A stretch of 53,755 nt of DNA, from NCBI GenBank assembly GCA_021810375.1, contig JAJZJB010000001.1, forward strand, positions 1-53,755, in the 5' to 3' direction. The position numbers and the translations under genes are program-made. A model generated the notes under the pieces. That model did no database searches and had not been told where the DNA came from. It saw only the letters and a list, made by a program, of their open reading frames with translations. This document shows positions 1 to 8,062 of this stretch, piece by piece (within the stretch, counting starts at the first letter, position 1; each line of letters opens with the position of its first letter). Origin of the DNA: Candidatus Micrarchaeota archaeon (GTDB taxonomy: Archaea; Micrarchaeota; Micrarchaeia; Micrarchaeales; CABMGC01).

Positions 1-647
1 TACTTTACTGCTATCTCCTTTTCCTTGCCTATTATCTCGGGGAAGCCGTTGGAAAGGAAGAACAATGGCAGTTCTGATATAATATCACCTTTTGCAAGCT
101 CTATGTTATGGTAGTCGATAGCCTTGAAGTCTAGGTATTCCTTAAAGCTGAGGGTCTTGATATGGAATTCGTACATGCGCCCTGCAAGACTTTCCCGCAG
201 TTTTTTCCTTATGAATAGGGATTCTGAGCCTGATATCAGGAACTTTATGTTAGGATACGTGTCATATCAAGACTTTAGCTGCTCTTCCCACCCTTCCAAC
301 TTCTGGATTTCGTCGAACAGGAACATGTACCTGCCTGTATCCAGCCTCTTTCCCATCAACCTCGAGTATTCCTGCAGGATCAGACGCAGCTTAACCGCCT
401 TGAATTCGTCAAATGAGAAGTATATTATGTTTTCCCTGCCGAGGGTTGCAAGATGATCCTGCACTATCTTTAGCAGTATGGTTGTCTTACCGGTCCTTCT
501 CAGCCCCACAAGCGCCATTATCTGTCTTTCCGGAAGGAACTTCTGCATTTCATAATATATCTGCCGCGGCTTAAAGTCAAGCTGAAGTTCCCCACGCCAC
601 CATTTGTTAGCTGCCTGCATCGCAGATATTATCTCTTCGTTAGCCAT
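1..647 (-). pseudogene. AAA+ ATPase of the COG1373/DUF4143 type, interrupted by an in-frame TGA at 267-269; the C-terminal part runs off the window
   Basis: Walker A LVGLRRTGKTT and Walker B FLFDEIQ lie in ORF 267..647. The same frame continues after the TGA as YDTYPNIKFLISGSESLF..LAGRMYEFHIKTLSFKEYL down to position 1. Confidence 0.7.
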
Positions 648-656
648 ATACTCACT

Positions 657-709
657 TTATGTTAATCATAACTAACCTGTTATATTATATTATGTTAATC
701 ATAAGTAAC
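657..709. repeat. Two 20-nt direct repeats (TTATGTTAATCATAA[C/G]TAAC) 33 nt apart, just upstream of the ATPase start; possible operator
   Basis: The copies at 657-676 and 690-709 differ at one base. The core TTATG-N5-CATAA is an imperfect palindrome. Confidence 0.6.
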
Positions 710-982
710 ATATATAAACATAACCTTTTGGGTATTGATTATTTGTATTTTAGAAAACGCTCTATAGACATCAGTCTGGCCCAATATCTTCTATGATAAT
801 GAGGTTCAAATCACATAGCAGTTGCCCGAAAGACACGTATCCTCCGCTACCGAATCTTATAGGAAAGACTTAAAAATAGCAAAAAGAGATTGTAAACAGT
901 GGATTCAATGAATGGAGGATGCTGCGCACCTTGACATATCGGCAGGGTACTTCTTATTTGATAGTTGACCCAGTATCATATG

Positions 983-2095
983 TCAATTTGCTTGCTTTGT
1001 ATGTTTGTTCTGAAAGTAGTCCATTTTGTCAGCCTGTTTGTAGCCATAAGTCTGAGTAAGTACGCCACGTTGTATCGAATAGGCATTATCAAAGAGCCTG
1101 TAGCATAATCCACCTACTAGTAATTTAGTTACTGTGGCCATTTTTATTTCTATTCCCTTAACTTTTGAGAGCATTTTGCGTGTCTTTTCAAGTTCACCAT
1201 CTTTAAATACGGGTTTGAAGAGTATTGTTCCAAAAGGAACCCCCGTGTCTCCTGCTAGGGAATAGGTATTTGTAATATTCTTTGGGTCACTACTTATGTT
1301 GACTAAGAATATTGGTCTGGTCTTGGCAAATTTTTTCTGATTGATTACGTCTACGAAGATAACTCCAGTATACAGAATCGGTAGCTTGTCCATATTTATT
1401 GTTATTCTCTCAAGCACCTTGCCCTCAAGGAGCTTTCCATATGCATACTGGGATCTGCCCCTATCGAATCCATATTTTCTGTCTATGCTAGTAAAATCAA
1501 CAGCCCCATTGAAGTTTAGCTCGGTCAGGACTGCAAATTCTCGCATTAATATTTGTTGTTTCTTGTCATTGTTTCTTATAACACGACTTCGCGTTCGTTT
1601 AAGAACACGTGTTTCGAGAAGTTGAAGAAATTCGTTTCTAAGCGGCACAAAACCATAGTGTTCATAAAACGGTGTTACATTCCATTTGGAAGGATAATCA
1701 CACAAATCAGTTTCTCTTGCTAGAGATCTAATAAGATAGAGCAGTTCTTGATTATCTGTACACAGAACATATATGATTAAGTCATGCTCACCACCAACAA
1801 GACTCATTGCAAATTGCACTCGCGGCTCCTTTTTAAGAACCCTGATTAGTATTTCGACATCTGGAATCTTGTCGATAAACTTTACTAGCATAAGAAATTT
1901 TAGATATCCTAGTTGCTCCAAGTTTATTTCTGGCACATACCTAATACCGCATAGCCTTTCAAGCTTTTTTATCCTTCTATAAGTTGGTTGTTTAGTAAGT
2001 CCTACCTTACGGCCTATAAGCGTTAAAGATGCCCGTCCATTCATGCTTAATGAAGTAAGAATTGTTCGATCAGCATTGTTGTTCCTCCTGCTCAT
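983..2095 (-). CDS. Transcriptional regulator with two tandem Lrp/AsnC-like units (winged HTH plus ligand-binding-like domain, duplicated)
   Basis: The N-terminus ILTSLSMNGRASLTLIGRKVGLTKQPTYRRIKKLE is an Lrp/AsnC-type HTH. A second HTH-like stretch is AVLTELNFNGAVDFTSIDRKYG. The ORF is 370 aa and clean. Confidence 0.55.
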   Translation of the reverse strand: MSRRNNNADRTILTSLSMNGRASLTLIGRKVGLTKQPTYRRIKKLERLCGIRYVPEINLEQLGYLKFLMLVKFIDKIPDVEILIRVLKKEPRVQFAMSLVGGEHDLIIYVLCTDNQELLYLIRSLARETDLCDYPSKWNVTPFYEHYGFVPLRNEFLQLLETRVLKRTRSRVIRNNDKKQQILMREFAVLTELNFNGAVDFTSIDRKYGFDRGRSQYAYGKLLEGKVLERITINMDKLPILYTGVIFVDVINQKKFAKTRPIFLVNISSDPKNITNTYSLAGDTGVPFGTILFKPVFKDGELEKTRKMLSKVKGIEIKMATVTKLLVGGLCYRLFDNAYSIQRGVLTQTYGYKQADKMDYFQNKHTKQAN

Positions 2096-2600
2096 CAGTA
2101 TCCGCTCTACTTAGTCTTTGCCAGTAAGATTTATAAACTATGGTATGGCACTATTCAGAGTGCGAACATTTTCTAGACTAGCTTATAGGTAAATTAAAAC
2201 GAATACCGGAATATAGTAATAGCATCAGTGATATAATCAGATATTTATGTATCGTATATCAATTATATTTATATTGAAAGCCTTCCATAATATTACTCAC
2301 GGATTCAGGGGATAGGAATGGGATTTGGCAAACGAATTGATACGTATCTATTTCTTTTGCTAGCACCCCACACCCCACAGACTAGCAGGGCCTTCCCGTT
2401 CGCCCTGAATCCGTTACCCCATACTTCATACTGAAATACGCGGATTTGGTGGAATAATGAGCATACTGGGATTTGGTTCAAGGAAGGCAAGCAGGGATAT
2501 CTACTCCACACCTGATGACAGGAGGCCGGTGAAGCTACTTGAGATAAGGCAGAATGTCTGGCAGGTAGTTTACGCAGATTGATGCTTAATTGGTGGATAA

Positions 2601-2867
2601 ATGGTTGGGAAAGAAGTCAGGAGAATTAGCCACGGCTATCACTATTTCTTCGTGAAGCCAAAGCAAAATGGAAGCGTAGATAAGGCAGTTGCACGCCTTA
2701 TGGAAATAGATGTAGTGAAGGAAGTATCTGTAACAGAAGGCGAGTATGGTTTCGTAGTGAGGACAAATGGGATACATGAAGACGATACGGAAGTGCTATC
2801 ACGTATACGCAAGGTGGTAAAGGGCAAACCCGCAAAGGCAATCTGCTATTGCAGTTACGTAAAGTGA
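2601..2867 (+). CDS. Stand-alone Lrp/AsnC ligand-binding (RAM-like) domain protein
   Basis: 88 aa. The pattern ..AVARLMEIDVVKEVSVTEGEYGFVVRT.. resembles the AsnC_trans_reg fold. It lies 21 nt upstream of the next gene on the same strand. Confidence 0.45.
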   Translation: MVGKEVRRISHGYHYFFVKPKQNGSVDKAVARLMEIDVVKEVSVTEGEYGFVVRTNGIHEDDTEVLSRIRKVVKGKPAKAICYCSYVK

Positions 2868-2888
2868 CTTGATGTATAGCATAGTGGT

Positions 2889-3452
2889 ATGATGGGTACA
2901 ATCGTTTGCGTGACTGGGAGAACCGGTGCAGGTAAAAGTACTATAGTAAAGACCATGGCTGAAGAATTCTCAATGCCATTCCATGGATTTGGGAATTATG
3001 AAAGGCAGAAATGGCTGGAGATGTTTGGTTACAAATCACCTGCAGAGTACTGGACCAAGCTTGGCCTTGAGAGAGGGCATTTCAGCCTCTATCCTGAACA
3101 CATTGCTCAAGTCAGAGATAGGGTCACAGAGAGAGGTATTGCAGTAGAAAGCATATACTCTGTAACTATGCTAGACTTATTGCGTACTGAATTTCCCGAT
3201 CATAGAGCCATCCTTGTAGGTGCAATTGCAAATGATGAATTGAGATTCGAGAGATTCAGGGCAAGGGAAAGCGTTTGGACTGACAGGCCAGAGTATGAAT
3301 TCAAGGTTATGGAGGGTTTCAAAGTGAGAATAGGCATGCTTGTTGCTATGGAAAGGGCAGAATTCGTCATAGAGAATGAAGGAAGTATTGGTTCGTTAAG
3401 GGAAAAAATCCGGGATTTGGGAAATGAACTAAGATTGATAGATTGTAGGTGA
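2889..3452 (+). CDS. P-loop nucleotide/nucleoside kinase-like protein (dephospho-CoA kinase / dNMP kinase-like)
   Basis: Walker A VTGRTGAGKST sits at the N-terminus. Size is 187 aa. Its stop overlaps the next start (ATGA-type overlap, 3449-3452). Confidence 0.55.
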   Translation: MMGTIVCVTGRTGAGKSTIVKTMAEEFSMPFHGFGNYERQKWLEMFGYKSPAEYWTKLGLERGHFSLYPEHIAQVRDRVTERGIAVESIYSVTMLDLLRTEFPDHRAILVGAIANDELRFERFRARESVWTDRPEYEFKVMEGFKVRIGMLVAMERAEFVIENEGSIGSLREKIRDLGNELRLIDCR

Positions 3453-4099
3453 TGCTTGTGAGGAACTATTTGGAAGTCAATAAACGTGCATACAACCTAT
3501 TAGCAAATGAGTATTATTCCAAATGGGACGCGCGGGCATACGTTATGGATGCAACCATGAGCGTCTTTGTGGCAAGCTTGAGAAGCAGATTCGGAAACCG
3601 CGAAATCAGAGTATTGGACGTTGGTTGCGGTGTAGGTAAGCATACATACTTTCTAGGTAAGAGTGGATTCCATGTTACTGGCATAGACTATGCGGAAAAG
3701 GCTATCGAATTTGCTAGGAAACAGGTAAAGAATTCCGCTTTCATAAACTGCGAGTTCATGCAGTGGGATACAAAAGAGAAGTTTCATGGCATTGCTGCAG
3801 GGGCATTTTTGCACTTGTTTCCAAAACGAATAGTACCTGAGGTCTTAACCAAGTTTGATAGGCTCCTGTTGAGCAGGGGAGTTTTATACATAAACTTCTC
3901 GCTTGAAAAAGAAGGGTTAGTTGTTAAGGAAGACTTCAGGAATAAAGTCAATAGATACAGAAACGGCATGTCAATAGAATTTGCGCTGAAAGAACTATCC
4001 AAGCATTTTGATGTAATAGATATGACGACCAACATTGACTGTACGTCAAGGAGCAAGGCAAAGATATGGTATAATATAACTATGAAGAAGTTATGCTAA
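3449..4099 (+). CDS. Class I SAM-dependent methyltransferase
   Basis: Motif I VLDVGCGVGKHTYFL followed by GIDYAEKAIEFAR; 216 aa. Confidence 0.7.
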   Translation: MMLVRNYLEVNKRAYNLLANEYYSKWDARAYVMDATMSVFVASLRSRFGNREIRVLDVGCGVGKHTYFLGKSGFHVTGIDYAEKAIEFARKQVKNSAFINCEFMQWDTKEKFHGIAAGAFLHLFPKRIVPEVLTKFDRLLLSRGVLYINFSLEKEGLVVKEDFRNKVNRYRNGMSIEFALKELSKHFDVIDMTTNIDCTSRSKAKIWYNITMKKLC

Positions 4100-4108
4100 A
4101 GTGGTTTA

Positions 4109-4630
4109 ATGGGAGAATTATTGGAAGTTGTAGACGAAAAAGATAACGCAGTTGATATTCAGGATAGGGAGATAGTGCACTCATCGAGGCTATGGCACAG
4201 GCTTGCACACGTGCTCTTATACAACCAAAACGGGGAACTGTTGCTTCAGATGAGGGCGCCGAACAAGAAAGTATACCCAAATAAGTGGGATTGCTCCTGT
4301 AGCGAGCATCTAAAACCGAACGAGGCATATGATGTTGCTGCAAAGAGAGGCCTTGAAGAGGAACTTGGAATCAGGGAAATAGACCTAAAAGAGGTCCTAT
4401 ATTGTCGTGGGGATTACGGAGACGAAGGTAACGTGATTAGCAAAGTATTCGTCTGTAAGACAGATAAGACGCCAACTAGTATAGACACGGAGGAAGTGTA
4501 CATGTATAAGTTCTTCACCGAATCGGGTATCAAGAGGATGCTTGCCGATAATGAAGATGCCTTCGCGACCTGGGCAGCCGAGCAACTCAAATGGAAGCTT
4601 GGACTCCCTAACAAGCTTGAACTATTATAA
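4109..4630 (+). CDS. Nudix hydrolase
   Basis: Nudix-box-like SEHLKPNEAYDVAAKRGLEEELGI (Gx5Ex7REUxEExGU pattern with minor deviations); 173 aa. Confidence 0.7.
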   Translation: MGELLEVVDEKDNAVDIQDREIVHSSRLWHRLAHVLLYNQNGELLLQMRAPNKKVYPNKWDCSCSEHLKPNEAYDVAAKRGLEEELGIREIDLKEVLYCRGDYGDEGNVISKVFVCKTDKTPTSIDTEEVYMYKFFTESGIKRMLADNEDAFATWAAEQLKWKLGLPNKLELL

Positions 4631-5518
4631 AATGCATGTTAATGGGGATGACAAACCATGGACTATGTGAAGTGCGTAGTCTTTGTGCTCTTCAGGAACG
4701 GAAGATTCCTTGTGGAGAGGCGGCCTGAAACCGAGGAAACAGATCCTCTCAATTGCCCATCTTCTCCCATATTCTGGATCCTTGGGAACCTCTGATTTTC
4801 CATGCCCCCTTCCATTGGCAGAGAGGACCGCCTTCACTTCGTTTTCGTGAAGTTCTTTGTATATGTGGGTTGCATCAAAGGCAGAATCTGCAAGGTACTT
4901 CGCACCATGTGCAATATAAAACCTCCAGTTCGCATCATCGAATAATTTGGCGAAGAACACGGAGTCATGTCTATTTCCAGGCGCAATGTAGAAACTCACA
5001 GGGATTTCTGTTTCTGCATCACAAATTATGTGCAGTTTATAACCAAAGAACATGTCATTGGCCTTTCCGTTTGCGTCTTCTTGTTCTCTTTTCGATGGAG
5101 TTCTGTGTCCTTTCTTTGCATCTCTGTCATTTCGTGAAAATGCAGGTACGTCAATACTATCCTGTGCAAGGATACGTATCTGCTTGCCTTTCAATTTGTC
5201 CTGCAGAATCCAGTTATTCAGTTCCTCTATCATTGCAGAATCGGCACACCCTCTGACTTTAGAGAATGTCGATTGGGAAGGTTTCTTTTTATAGCCAATA
5301 ATCTTTCCAATCTTTGTACTAACGAATTTTATAAGTTCTACGTCAGTAAGATCTTCTACCTGTTTCACTACTAATGCAACGATATGTTTTGCAAACTTCG
5401 TTGTATGCCCATATACCTGCACGATTACTCGTGCTGCGACACAAACCTCTGGTATTTTATTCTCTAATTCTTCTATTTTAATGTTAACTTTTCTCCTGGC
5501 AAGGCGGCCGGTACACAT
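4625..5518 (-). mobile_element. IS4/IS5-like DDE transposase gene (IS element; its ends are not defined)
   Basis: DDE-type blocks LAQDSIDVPAF, YKLHIICDAETEIPVSFYIAPGNRHDS, YLADSAFDA and RRWAIERI. It interrupts a same-strand gene cluster and overlaps the Nudix stop by 6 nt. Confidence 0.7.
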
Positions 5519-5672
5519 CGTATCGGCTCCCAGGAGCTCTATTCCTAACCGATCTACGACGACAAAAAGAGAAGAGAAAACCCTCCGAGGACACTTGAAC
5601 GTAAAGGTATTTAATTTGTCAAGCCCTTACAAATAACAACCATGCCGAAGGGTTAAAATCCTTCGACTCCTA

Positions 5673-6299
5673 ATGCGAATAGAGGATTTCTACAAAGCCA
5701 TGAAAATTACATTTGCCACAACGAACAACGTCAAATTCGACATAGCAAGGATAGTTCTGACCCCATATGGGATAGCATTAAACCAGAAGAAAATGGAGAC
5801 GCATGAGCTACAAGCTCTTGATGTAAAGGCTGTTGCATTAGATAAAGCCCACCAGCTAAGGCGGAGAATCAGTGGGCCTTTCCTTGTTGACGATTCGGGT
5901 TTTTACATACGTTCCTTGCATGGGTTTCCTGGAGCGCTTCTTAAGCTGACTTACGCTGCAATAGGTGATGTTGGCCTTTTGAGGCTCTGCAAAGGCCGCA
6001 ACCCAGAGGCGACGTTTGTGAACACGCTCGCTTTCAGCATGCCTGAATCAAAGCAGATTAGGATATTCTCAACGGTTATAGACGGTACGCTGTCAAAATC
6101 TGCAAAGGGCAGTAGAAAGGTGGGGTGGGCGATAGAGCGAATTTTCATACCGTCAGGCCATGCCAAGACAATAGCACAGATGGATAATACAGAATGGCTG
6201 TCCTTCTGGAATAGCTTCTCAAAAGCGTCACATTATGCACAACTTGGAAAGTGGCTAGTTAGAAATAAAGGCAATAGCGTACATAGTCACCAGTCATAA
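5673..6299 (+). CDS. Non-canonical purine NTP pyrophosphatase (HAM1/RdgB/ITPase family); the likely true start is the ATG at 5700 (MKITFATTN)
   Basis: ITFATTNNVKF, DDSGF and GFPGALLK are typical ITPase motifs. Confidence 0.75.
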   Translation: MRIEDFYKAMKITFATTNNVKFDIARIVLTPYGIALNQKKMETHELQALDVKAVALDKAHQLRRRISGPFLVDDSGFYIRSLHGFPGALLKLTYAAIGDVGLLRLCKGRNPEATFVNTLAFSMPESKQIRIFSTVIDGTLSKSAKGSRKVGWAIERIFIPSGHAKTIAQMDNTEWLSFWNSFSKASHYAQLGKWLVRNKGNSVHSHQS

Positions 6300-6373
6300 C
6301 GGCGTAGTTATCCGGAGATGATGAACAATATTTCTATAGAAATATTTATATAGATTATTATCTATAGATAATT

Positions 6374-6958
6374 ATGCAGTATAAGACAATAATGCTTGAC
6401 AGGGAGGGCTATGCGAGGCTTGCGCAGGCAAAGAGGGTGCTGCGCAGGAGGTCGGGGCTGAAGCTGAGCTTCAATGACGTAATAGGCGAGCTTGCCGGCC
6501 ACCGGCTGGAGTTTTCCGACATGGATGAGGAACTGAGAGCATACATCATGGAATTCGCAGGCAAGGCGGCGAAGTTGGAGCAGGTGGAGGGGGTGCTGCT
6601 CTTCGGATCGGTGGCGAAGGGCACGTACAACGAATACAGCGACATAGACGTGCTAATAGTTGCAGGGGATGGGAAGGTAGTAGTCCTTAAAGAGATACTT
6701 GGTCTCACTGCAGGCCTGGCTAGGAGGGGCCGCAAGCTGATGGAGCGGGGCATGCCATCTCTGATCAGCCCGGTCATACTCAATGCGAGGGATCTCAGGG
6801 AGTTCAGGCCCTTCTACTTTGACTTTGCGGACTATGGCATGATCCTGTATGAGAGAAATAATATCCTTACTGATTTCATATACTCGATCAGGAAGATGAA
6901 GCACAGACGTGAGAGCGTAAACAACGTTGAGGTAATCACGTGGCAAGGCAGCCAATAG
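6374..6958 (+). CDS. Minimal nucleotidyltransferase (MNT) with an N-terminal RHH-like extension; partner of the HEPN protein
   Basis: The signature LLFGSVAKGTYNEYSDIDVLIV matches GSxxxGx..SDxD. Confidence 0.8.
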   Translation: MQYKTIMLDREGYARLAQAKRVLRRRSGLKLSFNDVIGELAGHRLEFSDMDEELRAYIMEFAGKAAKLEQVEGVLLFGSVAKGTYNEYSDIDVLIVAGDGKVVVLKEILGLTAGLARRGRKLMERGMPSLISPVILNARDLREFRPFYFDFADYGMILYERNNILTDFIYSIRKMKHRRESVNNVEVITWQGSQ

Positions 6959-7350
6959 ACACGGCAGAGGACTGGTTCCAGACTGGTAAGATGGCGTTTA
7001 ATGGCGGAAAGCCCGAACAGGCTCTCTATGCGTTGGAGATGTCAGTTGAGATAGCGCTGAAGGCAGTACTGATCTCCATGCGCGTGGAGGTGCCGAAGGT
7101 GCACGACATAAGGAGAGTAGCCAGGACCTTCCTCGCGGAAAACAAGGCGCTGCCCAAGCCGTTTAGGGACAACTTTGATACATACATTGCCACATTCGAG
7201 ACCCTGCTCAGCATAAGATCCATGGTAGGCTACGGGTTTGAAGGAGAAAAAGAGAAAAAAGAGCTTGAAGCGCAGGCAAAGTCACTTATTCCCGAGTGTG
7301 CAAGGATAATCAGGGCATGCGAAGAGGCAATCAGGAAGGCAGGTACCTGA
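6940..7350 (+). CDS. HEPN domain protein
   Basis: 136-aa helical protein. It overlaps the MNT gene by 19 nt. HEPN-like pattern: A..F..A..ALEMSVEIALKAVL...H.I. Confidence 0.65.
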   Translation: MARQPIDTAEDWFQTGKMAFNGGKPEQALYALEMSVEIALKAVLISMRVEVPKVHDIRRVARTFLAENKALPKPFRDNFDTYIATFETLLSIRSMVGYGFEGEKEKKELEAQAKSLIPECARIIRACEEAIRKAGT

Positions 7351-7358
7351 TACTCTGT

Positions 7359-7667
7359 TCATTTATAGAATATCTTCCTGTTTGCGCCGCATCTGCATTT
7401 GTATATTACCTGGCCTCTGCTGCTAGCCAGCGTCACGGCGCACGTCTTTCCTGGAATGAGCATGCTGTTGCACTCCTTGCAGAATGAGTTCTTCTCCATC
7501 TTGCCCATTCTCACCTTGTAGTGCGAACTTATCTCTCTTGCAAGCCTTACGTACCTCTTCGATATGGCATCAGGTTCTCTCTCCCTGCCTGTGCGTTCAT
7601 ATGCCAGGCTTAGCAGCCTGCTTATGCGCTCCTGCGCCATACCCCTTACCAGCTTCTCGTCGTACAC
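7359..7667 (-). CDS. rnp4: RNase P protein component 4 (Rpp21/Rpr2)
   Basis: RISRLLSLAYE..RYVRLAREISSHYKVRM followed by the zinc ribbon FCKECNSMLIPG...YKCRCG. Confidence 0.8.
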   Translation of the reverse strand: MYDEKLVRGMAQERISRLLSLAYERTGREREPDAISKRYVRLAREISSHYKVRMGKMEKNSFCKECNSMLIPGKTCAVTLASSRGQVIYKCRCGANRKIFYK

Positions 7668-7669
7668 TC

Positions 7670-7990
7670 TTACATCTCTATGAAGACATCGCCGCTCGGA
7701 GCGTCGATCCTTGCCTTGTATGAGACTATGTCTTCGGCTGCCCAGGGCGTATTCTCACTCGCATTGCCAGTGTGTATGTTGAACGCCGCGCTATGCCACG
7801 GGCAGATTAATTCGTTTCCGTCTATAGAGCCGTCATAGAGAGGACCGCCCTCATGGGTGCATATGCCTCCCAGTACGTGTATCTTTTCCTGATGCAGGAA
7901 CACCGCGTACTTCTTCCCATTGATTTCAGATTCTACAGGAGAATCTTCCTTGAGATCCTTGGCATTTATGCTGAGCTTGTATTCTGTCAT
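7670..7990 (-). CDS. Rieske [2Fe-2S] domain protein
   Basis: CTHEGGPL ... CPWHSAAF matches the CxH...CxxH Rieske ligand pattern. Confidence 0.8.
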   Translation of the reverse strand: MTEYKLSINAKDLKEDSPVESEINGKKYAVFLHQEKIHVLGGICTHEGGPLYDGSIDGNELICPWHSAAFNIHTGNASENTPWAAEDIVSYKARIDAPSGDVFIEM

Positions 7991-8062
7991 AGACTCACGT
8001 CAAGGGATAAATGCCCAGGCAATGCTAATAAGGTTATTGCCAGTCAAGGTTATTGCCAGTCG

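Noticed and set aside
267-269. Selenocysteine or genome-wide UGA reassignment as the explanation for the in-frame TGA codons (ATPase, and the sufS/HTH junction)
   Set aside because: TGA terminates several universally conserved ribosomal protein genes here at their normal C-termini, often with a second stop shortly after. The ATPase position aligns with a hydrophobic residue, not Cys/Sec. No SECIS-like evidence was seen.
2509-2585. C/D box sRNA suggested by CCTGATGACAGG (C-box-like UGAUGA)
   Set aside because: There is no CUGA D' or D box at the expected ~12-nt guide spacing, and no terminal stem.
2296-2600. SRP (7S) RNA or RNase P RNA in the large intergenic region
   Set aside because: AGGAAGGCAAGCAGG superficially resembles the SRP helix-8 GGAAG(G/C)AGCA element, and GGCCGGTGAAGC resembles a helix-5 segment. 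However, the flanking bases do not pair into a GNAR-capped helix 8, and the order of the elements is wrong. No RNase P CR-I/CR-V motifs (GAGGAAAGUCC, ACAGAA) are present on either strand.
4616-5600. 7-nt direct repeat CTTGAAC (4616-4622 and 5594-5600) as the target-site duplication of the IS
   Set aside because: The sequences immediately inside the two copies are not inverted repeats of each other, and a 7-mer match over 1 kb is expected by chance. The IS boundaries therefore remain undefined.
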